Shown here piece after piece: positions 49,823 through 59,813 of a DNA stretch of 64,000 bases. How positions within the stretch are numbered: position 1 is the stretch's first letter; the number at the start of each line of letters is the position of its first letter. Below the pieces are notes generated by a model. That model did not search any database, was not told the DNA's origin, and saw only the letters and a program-made list of their open reading frames with translations. The translations under genes and the position numbers were made by a program. The stretch is from an uncultured virus (IMG/VR IMGVR_UViG_3300033562_001302) (Duplodnaviria > Heunggongvirae > Uroviricota > Caudoviricetes): IMG/VR virus record IMGVR_UViG_3300033562_001302; one strand, given 5' to 3'.

Positions 49823-50891
49823 TTATTATATTGATTTCTTAAAATCATTCAAAGCGTTTATAGCAAATGCTTTTCCAGATATAAATCATTATCAATTTAA
49901 TTATTCTGATAAATCTTATTTAAGTTATAAACTCTATAAAAATCATATAACAGAGTTCCCTAGTTGTCATATTAATTTATCATCTATTAAAATAAATGAT
50001 GATACAAATCATGCATTTTTTAGATCAATATATAATCAATTCAATGAGAACACTATACAACATATAGCGAACAATAATACAAAACAAGAATCAGTATTAT
50101 TGGATTTTAAATGGGTTAATTTATTTATAGATGTTAAAATTAATTTAGATAATCCAGCAGACATATTCAATTATAACAATATTATATTATCAACCCTTCC
50201 ACAAAACTATATGTTTTATGATTATACTTATAATGCTTATATCGAATTAGATAGCGTTTCTACTAATTGGGAACCAACTGATGATGTTGAAAACGTTGTG
50301 TATAGAGCTATTGATGGTACAATCAAAAAATATGCTTTATATTCAAACCAACCTATTTTTAAAGTATTAAATCATGATAAGCAGAAAACAGTTGAAGGAA
50401 GCGTGGATAACGCTGGAGATGGCGTCAATATAAGTTTTGATATACAATTAAAGGTTCCAAATATTATTGGAAAGAATTCAATAGATACCAATCGAATAGA
50501 CGGTATTCAAATAATTATTAATACATCTGATCATGATACAAATCTTCCAATTTTAATTGATATGAATAATGATATATATTCATCAAATAAAAATAAAGCT
50601 AGTAAAATTATTTCACTTTCTAAAAAAGATTTTTCAGAAGATAAAAGTGAAGTACTTTTAACACAAGGTACAAAAGATTTATTGTATGGTAAAAGTGCTG
50701 CTATATATATAGTGGATGATTCTTCTAAACCTGCTAGTGATGTGACTATATTATATTTTGAATTAGGATATTTTGAAAAAGACTCTCTAATAGATAAAAA
50801 TAGTATAGTATTAAATCCTCAATATAAACAAGAATTGAAGGATATCGTCTTAAATGAATTTTCATTTATAGAAATAATAACTTTTAATTAA
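49815..50891 (+). CDS. hypothetical protein, possibly structural
   Basis: 358-aa ORF. Confidence 0.6.
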   Translation: MHNYYIDFLKSFKAFIANAFPDINHYQFNYSDKSYLSYKLYKNHITEFPSCHINLSSIKINDDTNHAFFRSIYNQFNENTIQHIANNNTKQESVLLDFKWVNLFIDVKINLDNPADIFNYNNIILSTLPQNYMFYDYTYNAYIELDSVSTNWEPTDDVENVVYRAIDGTIKKYALYSNQPIFKVLNHDKQKTVEGSVDNAGDGVNISFDIQLKVPNIIGKNSIDTNRIDGIQIIINTSDHDTNLPILIDMNNDIYSSNKNKASKIISLSKKDFSEDKSEVLLTQGTKDLLYGKSAAIYIVDDSSKPASDVTILYFELGYFEKDSLIDKNSIVLNPQYKQELKDIVLNEFSFIEIITFN

Positions 50892-51079
50892 CAAATAATT
50901 ATACCTTTCCAGACAATTTCATTATTTTGATCTGGTTTCCTTTGTAGGAGTAAAAATGGAATTAAACTAATTAACTGTTAATTATTTAAAAATTAAGAAA
51001 ATTGTGTACATTTAGTACAAATTAATTATTATAAAACCATCAAAAGTATATAAGAAAAACAAACAAAAAAGGAAACAAT

Positions 51080-51607
51080 ATGTTAAACGAAAGATTAGCA
51101 CAAAGCTTAGGAAAAACTTTAGAAGAAGCAACTAATATGGTTACAGACTCAATGGTACTTAGACACCTTGGAACAAAAGGTTCAGTTACATTAGAAGAGG
51201 CTGAATTTTATCACAATATGTGTTCAACTGTAATTATGGAAGCAGCTGAAGATTTTATTCCAGATGAAGTAGAAGTAGACGATGCTCCTTCTGAAGCTGA
51301 AGGAATTGAATTATATGATGCCGCTGGTAATGCTTATTTATTTGATCCTGCTTCAGGTTCATTAACTCCAATTGATGCTGGTGACAGTGCTCCAGATGCT
51401 TCAGAACAAGCTCCAGATCTTGATCCTGCCTTAGATCCTGCTGCTGCTCCAGAACCAGAAGCGCCTGCTGTAGATCCAGCTCAAGACCCAATGGAAGAAA
51501 ATACACAAATTCCAGCACAAGCACAAGCAATTGAAGAAAGTACACAAATTGTTAGCGCAAGCCCACAATCATCAGTAGTTTCAAAAATTTTAGCAAACTT
51601 AGCATAA
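51080..51607 (+). CDS. acidic Pro/Ala-rich protein, putative prohead core/scaffold
   Basis: Many L/I/M-E-E sites, low-complexity acidic region. Confidence 0.5.
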   Translation: MLNERLAQSLGKTLEEATNMVTDSMVLRHLGTKGSVTLEEAEFYHNMCSTVIMEAAEDFIPDEVEVDDAPSEAEGIELYDAAGNAYLFDPASGSLTPIDAGDSAPDASEQAPDLDPALDPAAAPEPEAPAVDPAQDPMEENTQIPAQAQAIEESTQIVSASPQSSVVSKILANLA

Positions 51608-51617
51608 GGACTTCCTT

Positions 51618-52337
51618 ATGTTGGTTAAAATAAATAAAAAACTTCTTTTAGAAGACGGTGGAATATTTGATTATTTAGGTAACCTTGGTTCAGGTGCAAA
51701 AGAAGCTATGCAAAATGATGCACATAATTTTACAAAAACTATGCAACATTTGCCTAGTGCTATAAAATCACATGTATCAGATTCAGCAGAACAAGCTCAA
51801 GCTAATTTAGATAGAATTAATAATGAGGCTGCTCATAAAACTCTTATAGGCACTCAAACATTTAAAGATAAACAATCAATTCATGATATGTATGCGGGAC
51901 ATCTAAAAAATCAACACAATGCAGGTGATGCAAGATTAGATAATGTTAATGCTGGTTATTCACAAGCATTACAAAATCAACATGCTGATTTTACAAAACA
52001 ATTAGAAGCTCAAAAGCAACAAATGGCAGATATGCAATCGAATCATGATAAATCAATGATACAAATGGCAGACAAACCTGCTCATCAAATTTCTAATCCA
52101 GAATATGAAAATAAGATAAAAGCTCTTGAAGCACAACATAATGCTAATTTGGTTAATCAATATAATCAATCAACTGATAAGAAAATTGATGATGCTAAAG
52201 CTATGTTACATTCTGGTTTAGACACAGCTAGAACACATGTTAATGATAATTTTAATAATTATGCTCTAGGTTTAGGTGCATTAGGTGCTGGATATGTAGG
52301 TTCAAGGATGACTAATAGAAATAACCGAGGTTATTAA
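51618..52337 (+). CDS. putative internal head protein
   Basis: MLVKINKKLLLE leader; C-terminal GLGALGAGY plus basic tail. Confidence 0.65.
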   Translation: MLVKINKKLLLEDGGIFDYLGNLGSGAKEAMQNDAHNFTKTMQHLPSAIKSHVSDSAEQAQANLDRINNEAAHKTLIGTQTFKDKQSIHDMYAGHLKNQHNAGDARLDNVNAGYSQALQNQHADFTKQLEAQKQQMADMQSNHDKSMIQMADKPAHQISNPEYENKIKALEAQHNANLVNQYNQSTDKKIDDAKAMLHSGLDTARTHVNDNFNNYALGLGALGAGYVGSRMTNRNNRGY

Positions 52338-52338
52338 T

Positions 52339-53079
52339 ATGATTATAACTAAACACCAATTAATACAAGAGGGAGTTTTAGATCATATTAAACGAAACGG
52401 TGCGGCTTATGGTATTGGTGCAGCTGGTTTAGGCGCATATGCTTATATGAATCCTGAAATGGTTGGACTTGGTGATGAAGATGAAAAAGTTGAGCAGCCT
52501 GTTCAACAACATCAACCTAATCAACCTGTTCAACAACATCAACCAGCTCAGCCTAATCAACCTAATCAACCAGCTCAACCAAGTACAGCTGTACCAGCTT
52601 CATCTCCTATTAAACCAGAAGAGAACTCTTTTCTTGGAGATCATTATGGTAAGATAGCAACAGGTGGATTAGGTTTAGCAGCCTTAACTTATGCAACAAA
52701 TAATGCTCCAGGTAGATACGCAGCAGGCCTTGCTAAACAAGGTTTTAATGCGACAAAAGATTATGCTGTTGACAAAGCGAAAAGTGCTGCTCATACTATA
52801 AATAATAGTCAAACAGCTGATAAATTTAGACAAGCTAAAGAAGCTGTAAATAATTCATCAGTAGTTAATCATTTCCGAAATACTACTATGAATGGTACAT
52901 CCAAAGATAAACTAAATAGTATGCAACAAACAGCTGCTAAAAATTCATTTAATACTGGTCGTAATGGTCCTGGAAATATGAGAGATAATGTTGTTAATGC
53001 TGGACACAGCTTTAAACCATCTGCTGAGAGTATACGAACTCAAGCTACAAATGCTTTACAAAAACGTAAAGCTAAATAA
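52339..53079 (+). CDS. putative internal head protein with QP repeats
   Basis: MIITKHQLIQE leader; glycine zippers; QPVQQHQP(N/A) repeats. Confidence 0.65.
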   Translation: MIITKHQLIQEGVLDHIKRNGAAYGIGAAGLGAYAYMNPEMVGLGDEDEKVEQPVQQHQPNQPVQQHQPAQPNQPNQPAQPSTAVPASSPIKPEENSFLGDHYGKIATGGLGLAALTYATNNAPGRYAAGLAKQGFNATKDYAVDKAKSAAHTINNSQTADKFRQAKEAVNNSSVVNHFRNTTMNGTSKDKLNSMQQTAAKNSFNTGRNGPGNMRDNVVNAGHSFKPSAESIRTQATNALQKRKAK

Positions 53080-53118
53080 ACTTTATAATTTGTAAAGTTA
53101 AATAAATAAGGATAAAAA

Positions 53119-53370
53119 ATGAAATTAGATTTAATATTAGAAAATATTAGAAACAAATATACACTTGGTTTATTAGAAGAATCAACTGTATCAGGATTAG
53201 ATGAGAAATCCGTTCTTCAAGGTAAAATAATGATTAACGAGGCTACAATGACTCTTAGAGGTATATTGCTTGAAGAGGGTGTTATGGCAGGTGTTAAAGG
53301 TGCTTTAGCAAATGATTTCGCTAAAATTATTGAAGAATCTGCTTTAATAACTGAACCGAATAAAGAATAA
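53119..53370 (+). CDS. MKLDLILEN-family protein (leader only)
   Basis: ~73-aa conserved domain with 9-10 residue tail. Confidence 0.7.
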   Translation: MKLDLILENIRNKYTLGLLEESTVSGLDEKSVLQGKIMINEATMTLRGILLEEGVMAGVKGALANDFAKIIEESALITEPNKE

Positions 53371-53379
53371 GTAGTCGTT

Positions 53380-53814
53380 ATGACTACTTATTCCAAACTT
53401 CTTTTAGAAAATACAAAGCTAAAACTTATTAACAAATCAATTCTTGAAGCAACTTCTATTGAACATGCTAAAAGGTCAACATTGATTCTTGAATCAATGT
53501 TTGAAGAGTTTTCTGAAATTTTAGGTGATGTTGGTGATGCTTATAATTCGGCAGCAGATGGTACTCAACAGTTGATTAACAGAAATTTTAATCCCGCAAC
53601 TGTAAAGGATTCAGCTTTAACAACATCAGGTTATATAACAGCTGATAAAAATAGTGATGAAGAAGTTCTATTTGATAAATTCAGAGCGGATATGAATAGA
53701 ATTAAAGAAAATAATGATGCTGCTAAATTAAATATTGGTTTAGCTAGTGGTCTAGCTGGTGCAGCTCTTGGTGCAGGTGGTTTAACATTAGCTCAAAGAT
53801 ACGCTAGAAGATAA
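53380..53814 (+). CDS. divergent LxLEN-family protein with C-terminal glycine zipper
   Basis: LLLENTKLK..ILE; GLAGAALGAGGL..RYARR. Confidence 0.65.
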   Translation: MTTYSKLLLENTKLKLINKSILEATSIEHAKRSTLILESMFEEFSEILGDVGDAYNSAADGTQQLINRNFNPATVKDSALTTSGYITADKNSDEEVLFDKFRADMNRIKENNDAAKLNIGLASGLAGAALGAGGLTLAQRYARR

Positions 53815-53958
53815 TTACAAAATACAGATGAACGATGAATAAACAATCAACAAGGATAATTTTTATAAAAATTAATTATCTTTGTTTTTAATAGTATTAA
53901 CAAATAAGCGTAAAATTATTAAAAACAAAGACAATCACACAATCAAAAAGGAAACCTT

Positions 53959-54459
53959 ATGAATGAAAATAAATTAATATTAGAAAATATTAGATTAAAA
54001 CAAACAAAAAAATTAGTTGAGGAATCATCTTTAAATAATATTGATGAAAAAATGGTACTTAGTGGTAAAATATTAATAAATGAAGCAACTAGTGTTTTAG
54101 GTAAATTATTAGAAGAGTTTGAAGGTTTTGAAACAGATCATATTATAGATCAAAATCAAACAGATCCATCTGTTCCACAATACCAATTAATACCTGGTCA
54201 AGATAAGCCTGATTTATATAATCCAGCTTTACATCATCAACCTGTTCAAACAGTACCAAATATTTCTGTTCAACATGAACCTATCGTACCAGTGCAATCA
54301 TCACAACCAGAACAATCAACAATAGAATATGATCCAAATGGTCAGCATGAAAAAGCTATGAGACAATTTTTAAATGATACAGGTGTAGTCGTTCCACCTG
54401 ATGAACAAAATCAAAGAAAAATGCACGACATTCTCCGAAATTTAAAAATTATGAAATAA
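53959..54459 (+). CDS. divergent MKLDLILEN-family protein
   Basis: LILENIR..EESS..DEK.VL.GKI.INEAT. Confidence 0.7.
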   Translation: MNENKLILENIRLKQTKKLVEESSLNNIDEKMVLSGKILINEATSVLGKLLEEFEGFETDHIIDQNQTDPSVPQYQLIPGQDKPDLYNPALHHQPVQTVPNISVQHEPIVPVQSSQPEQSTIEYDPNGQHEKAMRQFLNDTGVVVPPDEQNQRKMHDILRNLKIMK

Positions 54460-54468
54460 GGATAAAAA

Positions 54469-55161
54469 ATGAAATTAGATTTAATATTAGAAAATATTAG
54501 AAACAAATATACACTTGGTTTATTAGAAGAATCAACTACTGTGGGATTAGATGAGAAATCAGTTCTTCAAGGTAAAATAATGATTAACGAAGCTACTCAA
54601 AGTCTTAGAGGTATATTGATCGAAGAAGGTGTTATGGTTGGTATCAAAAATGTATTATCAAATGATTTTGCTAATATTATAGAAGAGGCTGCTTATCCAG
54701 GTCTTGGTGTAAGAGGATCTGCGCCAAGACAAGCATTAGCTGATAAAATTATTGCAAATCGTGAAAAATTAGCAAATGTTAGACAAGAGCGAGATATGTT
54801 TAAAAAACCATTAACACCACAAACGCATGATTATTTCGCTAATCAAGAAACAGGTGTTAAGAACGCTATAAATTATGATAGATTATCAGAAAGAATAAAA
54901 GGTGAACATAATCAATATTCTGATAAATTATCAGAAAGAATAAAAGGATATGTTCCCAATAAAATGTATCAATTAAATTTAAATAATGCTATCGTTCAAG
55001 CAACAACAGGTGAAAGTGGTTTAATGTTCAAATCTAAAAATGATGCTTTAAGAAATTTAACACCTAAACAATCAACACCAAGTACATATCACGATTCAAA
55101 TACAAAGGTAAATATTTTAAACCCAGATGGTACTTTATCTGATATATATTATAAACAATAA
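54469..55161 (+). CDS. MKLDLILEN-family protein with variable C-terminus
   Basis: Conserved N-terminal domain. Confidence 0.7.
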   Translation: MKLDLILENIRNKYTLGLLEESTTVGLDEKSVLQGKIMINEATQSLRGILIEEGVMVGIKNVLSNDFANIIEEAAYPGLGVRGSAPRQALADKIIANREKLANVRQERDMFKKPLTPQTHDYFANQETGVKNAINYDRLSERIKGEHNQYSDKLSERIKGYVPNKMYQLNLNNAIVQATTGESGLMFKSKNDALRNLTPKQSTPSTYHDSNTKVNILNPDGTLSDIYYKQ

Positions 55162-55178
55162 CAAAACAAGGATAAACG

Positions 55179-55682
55179 ATGAAACTAGATTTAATATTAG
55201 AAAATATTAGAAACAAATATACACTTGGTTTATTAGAAGAATCAACTGTATCAGGATTAGATGAGAAAACAGTTCTTCAAGGTAAAATAATGATTAATGA
55301 GGCTACTCAAAGTCTTAGAGGATTATTAATCGAAGAAGGTGTTATGGCTGGTGTTAAAAATGTATTAGCTAATGACTTTGCTAGCATTATAGAAGAGTCT
55401 TGGAAAGGGAATGGTTTAGACAAATCTAAACCTATATCAAAAATAGCTAGACCTATGTTAGCACATGAATTATTTACAGCTCGAAAAGATTCAATACTAC
55501 CTGAAAAACATGTCACACCATTATTAGTAAATGCTCAACGAGATGCTAAAGAAGCTTTAGCAAATCATAGAAGTAAACTTAGATTTAGAAAAAATAATCC
55601 CGATATTATTGTACCAGGCAATATTGCAAACAATCCGAAAAAAGCATTATTAGTAGATAAATCTGGTAATATTGTAAAATAA
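55179..55682 (+). CDS. MKLDLILEN-family protein with variable C-terminus
   Basis: Conserved N-terminal domain. Confidence 0.7.
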   Translation: MKLDLILENIRNKYTLGLLEESTVSGLDEKTVLQGKIMINEATQSLRGLLIEEGVMAGVKNVLANDFASIIEESWKGNGLDKSKPISKIARPMLAHELFTARKDSILPEKHVTPLLVNAQRDAKEALANHRSKLRFRKNNPDIIVPGNIANNPKKALLVDKSGNIVK

Positions 55683-55695
55683 TTATTAAAAACAA

Positions 55696-55780
55696 AAACA
55701 TCATAAACAATTGTTTATGATGTTTGGATAAAAGAACAACCGCATTATGAAAGCAACTGTTATCCAAACACCATAAACAA
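55696..55780. terminator. overlapping alternative hairpins
   Basis: 30-bp palindrome 55696-55725 overlapping 21-bp stem 55711-55780. Confidence 0.55.
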
Positions 55781-55811
55781 AAACCAAAAATATTAACAAC
55801 AAAGGAATATC

Positions 55812-56525
55812 ATGTTATATCAAACGTGGAAAATAGTTTTATCACATATTCATGGTGAACTAGGTAGTGGAAATACTAAACTAGAAATAACAGATAGAGA
55901 AATAATCACAAATATTCAAGAACAAGTTATGCCAATATTTTCATCATACAGTGATAATATTAGATATTATAGAATGAGTGTTGCTGATATTGTAACTGAG
56001 TCACCTGTAGTTATTTATAAATTTAAAGATGATTTAGAATATGGTATTTCTGAAATCAAAAGAGTTATACCAGAAGCATTGTATACAAGTTTAGATTTTT
56101 CTCAAATCAATGCTACTGGTTCAGGTGATATAACTGATTTCTTAATAAGACAAAATTATTCACAAATGTCTCAGATGGTTAGAGCTGAGACTACTTGGAA
56201 ATTTGTAAGACCGGATGAATTACATGTTATAAGACCAGCTATGAGTTACGAATCATTTAACTTTATAGTGGAATATGGTGCTGTACATTTAGGTCCAGAA
56301 ACAGTTGATACCTCTTTATGGCAAGAATTTTTAGATTTAGCAACAGCTAGCATTATGGTTAAAGTTGGTCGAATTCGTAAAAAATTTAATAATGTTACAA
56401 CTCCATTTGGTCAAATGGAGCTAAATGCTGATGAGTTAATAAATGATGGTAAAGAATTAAAAAGAGATGCATTAGATAGATTAAATAAAACACCAAGTTC
56501 TGATCAATTAGTCTATTTTTTATAA
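55812..56525 (+). CDS. neck/head-tail adaptor protein (T4 gp13-like)
   Basis: ELG..LEITD; GRIRKKF..TPFG..LNADEL..G.E. Confidence 0.65.
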   Translation: MLYQTWKIVLSHIHGELGSGNTKLEITDREIITNIQEQVMPIFSSYSDNIRYYRMSVADIVTESPVVIYKFKDDLEYGISEIKRVIPEALYTSLDFSQINATGSGDITDFLIRQNYSQMSQMVRAETTWKFVRPDELHVIRPAMSYESFNFIVEYGAVHLGPETVDTSLWQEFLDLATASIMVKVGRIRKKFNNVTTPFGQMELNADELINDGKELKRDALDRLNKTPSSDQLVYFL

Positions 56526-56566
56526 ACAATAATCACAACAATCACAAAAAACAAAAGGAAACGAAA

Positions 56567-56812
56567 ATGAAATTTCAAATAAACAAACAAGTGCTTTTAA
56601 ACGAAGGTGAATTTATGAATATGGTTGCAAAATCAAGTGGTGGACTTATGTCTATAGGTAATTTTGATAACGATGGTCATGTTGCTAGACTTAAAAAAAT
56701 GGTTTCTGATAGAATGAAACAGAATCAAATGGCTAATCATATGGAGAAACAAGATCCATCACATAGATATGCTACACAAACAAACGATCATACAACACCT
56801 GATCATATATAA
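56567..56812 (+). CDS. putative internal head protein
   Basis: MKFQINKQVLLNE leader. Confidence 0.6.
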   Translation: MKFQINKQVLLNEGEFMNMVAKSSGGLMSIGNFDNDGHVARLKKMVSDRMKQNQMANHMEKQDPSHRYATQTNDHTTPDHI

Positions 56813-56850
56813 CAATTGTTTAATTTAACAATTAAACTAAGAGGTAGATA

Positions 56851-57240
56851 ATGAAATATATTCTAACAGATAAAATAAAATATGGCATCATTGAAGAGAT
56901 GTATCATGTTAGTAGAAAGACTATCTACGGTACTATATTAAGTCCTAAAGATGGTTTAAAAGATACTATGCGTGCTTTACACGCTGAAGATGTTACGAAT
57001 AAAACTAATGCTATTATTGATCATAAAATTCAAAAAATTGATGAAAGACTTCGAACTTTAAATCATATACATTTAGCTAGAGCTTACAATCCACAACAAT
57101 CTTCTGAGAAACCATACGATATTCAGTCTACTCAACCTCAACCAAAACAAATATTTCTTAATCAAAAAATAAATATTCCAAAATATGATGATAAAACAAA
57201 ACACGCATTAAACGCTTATAATACTATAAGTAAATATTAA
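56851..57240 (+). CDS. hypothetical protein
   Basis: 129-aa ORF; N-terminal ..GIIEE. Confidence 0.6.
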   Translation: MKYILTDKIKYGIIEEMYHVSRKTIYGTILSPKDGLKDTMRALHAEDVTNKTNAIIDHKIQKIDERLRTLNHIHLARAYNPQQSSEKPYDIQSTQPQPKQIFLNQKINIPKYDDKTKHALNAYNTISKY

Positions 57241-57254
57241 GATAAAGGATTATA

Positions 57255-58013
57255 ATGACAGTCATTATAAATAAAAAATTATTATTAGAAGACCAAATGC
57301 TTGGTGTTGTTGGTAATGATTTATTAACTAAAGCTAAACCAATTTTAACAAATCCAGTAAAATTGGAAAAATATAATGTTAATGATGCGAAAAAATCTAT
57401 TAATGATGAATTAGACAAGGATCCAGAACTACCTGAAAAAGTTGTTGAAAAAGTTAAATCTATAGAAGAATCAACATTAGGTGATGTTCAAAAAAATTTA
57501 AACTCTCCACATAAGAGTACTTTAACAAAAGCAGGACATCTTGTTTCAAATAGAACACAAGAATCAAAAGATGGATTAGCTAATTCATTACAAGGTGCAA
57601 AAGAAGTTATAACAAATCAAATAAAAACAACTTCTAAATCAAATGGTATTGATGGTGTAACACAACCTGTATCAAGTTTTTCTGAAAGTACAAATAATAT
57701 TTTACTAAAAGTATCTAATCTTATATTAGAGGATATGCATAGTATGACAGGTAGTGTTGGTAATTATAAACAATTAACTACTACTCAGCGTCCTAATAAT
57801 ACTATGAGTTCAGGACAACAAAAAGTTGAAACACATTTTGATAAAACTGTTAATTCTCCAACAAGACAATTGAAACAAGGTGAAAAAGTAAATGTTGCTA
57901 ACAAATTAGGACAAGAAACATCTAGTCTTCAACAAGTTCGAGATAATTTAAAAAAATTAAATAATATGAGTAAATCTGTGTCATCCACAACACCCACAAT
58001 ACCTAATACATAA
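57255..58013 (+). CDS. putative internal head protein
   Basis: MTVIINKKLLLE leader. Confidence 0.65.
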   Translation: MTVIINKKLLLEDQMLGVVGNDLLTKAKPILTNPVKLEKYNVNDAKKSINDELDKDPELPEKVVEKVKSIEESTLGDVQKNLNSPHKSTLTKAGHLVSNRTQESKDGLANSLQGAKEVITNQIKTTSKSNGIDGVTQPVSSFSESTNNILLKVSNLILEDMHSMTGSVGNYKQLTTTQRPNNTMSSGQQKVETHFDKTVNSPTRQLKQGEKVNVANKLGQETSSLQQVRDNLKKLNNMSKSVSSTTPTIPNT

Positions 58014-58036
58014 TAAATATTATATAAAGGATAAAA

Positions 58037-58366
58037 ATGTTACAGATAGATAATGCTTTATATAATAATCAAAACAATACTATGATTATGGATGCATTTA
58101 CAAATGATAGTATTGTTGGAAATGTTTTTTTAGATAATATACAGTTTTTAAAACATCCTGATAATATTATTGAAATTGATTGTAGTGATGATTATAAATA
58201 TAGACCTGATAAATTAGCAAAACAATATTATGGTGATGCTAATTATTTTCAAATAATATTGTTAGCTAATAATATAGGAACTCTTTTTCATTTTGTACCA
58301 TCAAAATGGAATAATAAAATTAAATTAATAAAAACAAAAGTAATTGAAGATTTATTAAAATTATAA
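58037..58366 (+). CDS. baseplate wedge-like LysM protein (T4 gp53-like)
   Basis: RPDKLAKQYYGD..YFQIILLANNI. Confidence 0.7.
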   Translation: MLQIDNALYNNQNNTMIMDAFTNDSIVGNVFLDNIQFLKHPDNIIEIDCSDDYKYRPDKLAKQYYGDANYFQIILLANNIGTLFHFVPSKWNNKIKLIKTKVIEDLLKL

Positions 58367-58382
58367 AAAATAGGAAATTAAT

Positions 58383-59435
58383 ATGGATACAGAAAAAACA
58401 GAAAAAAGTGAAAAAAGTGAGAAAACAGTTCAATTAAATATTTTACGCTTACAAAAATATCCAAAACATTATAAAACTTTTTTAACTAATATTAAAACAG
58501 TTTTACAAAAAATTGGATCAAGTAGCAAAACGAAAGCAATTCACGAAGTCGTTGAAAAAGAAATAGTTCATTTAGGTTTTGGTACAGTTGATATTAGTGG
58601 AAGAACTGCATCAGAATTCGGTTCACAAACAATGAGCTCTGGGAAATTAAATGCCTTAGTAGCAGATGTTAAAAATGTGGTTGATGCTTCTGATAGAACT
58701 GAGGCAGCAAAACTATATACTAAATTTGTAACAGCTTCACAAGAATTATCTAAAGCTAAAACAACTATAACTGATGCAACAGAAATAAATATAAATAGAA
58801 TTGAAAAAGAATTAGAACAAACTTTAACAGATATAATTGATTTGATAGATTTCTTTAAATTAGTAGATGTTTATTATTATTTATATATTGAAGCATTGGC
58901 TAAAACAGGTATCAAAGGTAAAGGTAAAATAAAATTATTTGAAACTTTACATGAAGTACTTAGAGACAGTGCTTTAAAAACTGTTAAGAAGTATTCAAAA
59001 GATGATTTAACATCTGATAAATTAAATAGATTTGATGTAGCGTTTGATTATATATTTACAGCAAACTTTACTGGAGCATCAACTGGGTCTATTATGAGTA
59101 AATTAAATGGTATTCATGGTAAAGACAAAACAGAATTTTTAAGAGAAATGGGTGTAACAAAATATACCAATTATAAAAATCTTGGTGAAATATTAACTAA
59201 AGCCCATGTTATAAATATTACTGATAATATGATCATGAAAGAACTTGCTAAAAACGCAGGTGAAAAAATAGAAACTATTATCGAAGGCGATATGGTTGAA
59301 GTAGTTGCATATTTAATAAGTACTTTATATAAATCAACATTGTTTGAATCAAAAGTTATAAACGAAGAATCTCAAAAAAGATTAGAAGAATTAGTTTTAA
59401 ATTTTAAAAGAGATTTGGTTGTTTCTAAATCATAA
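58383..59435 (+). CDS. hypothetical helical protein
   Basis: 350-aa ORF. Confidence 0.65.
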   Translation: MDTEKTEKSEKSEKTVQLNILRLQKYPKHYKTFLTNIKTVLQKIGSSSKTKAIHEVVEKEIVHLGFGTVDISGRTASEFGSQTMSSGKLNALVADVKNVVDASDRTEAAKLYTKFVTASQELSKAKTTITDATEININRIEKELEQTLTDIIDLIDFFKLVDVYYYLYIEALAKTGIKGKGKIKLFETLHEVLRDSALKTVKKYSKDDLTSDKLNRFDVAFDYIFTANFTGASTGSIMSKLNGIHGKDKTEFLREMGVTKYTNYKNLGEILTKAHVINITDNMIMKELAKNAGEKIETIIEGDMVEVVAYLISTLYKSTLFESKVINEESQKRLEELVLNFKRDLVVSKS

Positions 59436-59452
59436 TTATACGAGGATACACT

Positions 59453-59737
59453 ATGAAAATACATTTAAATAAACATTTGATTACAGAATGTATGTTCAAC
59501 TCAATAAATGAGAATTCTGCAGAGTTCTCACAGATGTTAAGAAGTAATACTGTTAATGGTGGAAATTTGACAAACGAACAATTACATACTCATTCAGTTA
59601 TGGGAAATGGTAACGATGCATATATACAAGCTATGTATGCAGATAGGCGGTTAAAAGATAAAGCTTTGAGTATAAATGCAAATGATGAAAAATTAAATTT
59701 ATTGAATAGAAATTCAAGAGGTGTTATAATCTCTTGA
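59453..59737 (+). CDS. putative internal head protein
   Basis: MKIHLNKHLITE leader. Confidence 0.6.
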   Translation: MKIHLNKHLITECMFNSINENSAEFSQMLRSNTVNGGNLTNEQLHTHSVMGNGNDAYIQAMYADRRLKDKALSINANDEKLNLLNRNSRGVIIS

Positions 59738-59804
59738 ATTTCTAATTCTTGTGCTTAATTTCTGAAAAATTTATAAATTGATATGATTAGTTCATATCAA
59801 TTTA
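59708..59804 (+). terminator. two tandem hairpins after 59453-59737
   Basis: GAAATTCAAGAG/CTCTTGAATTTC and TAAATTGATATGA/TCATATCAATTTA. Confidence 0.5.
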
Positions 59805-59813
59805 TTCTTGTGG

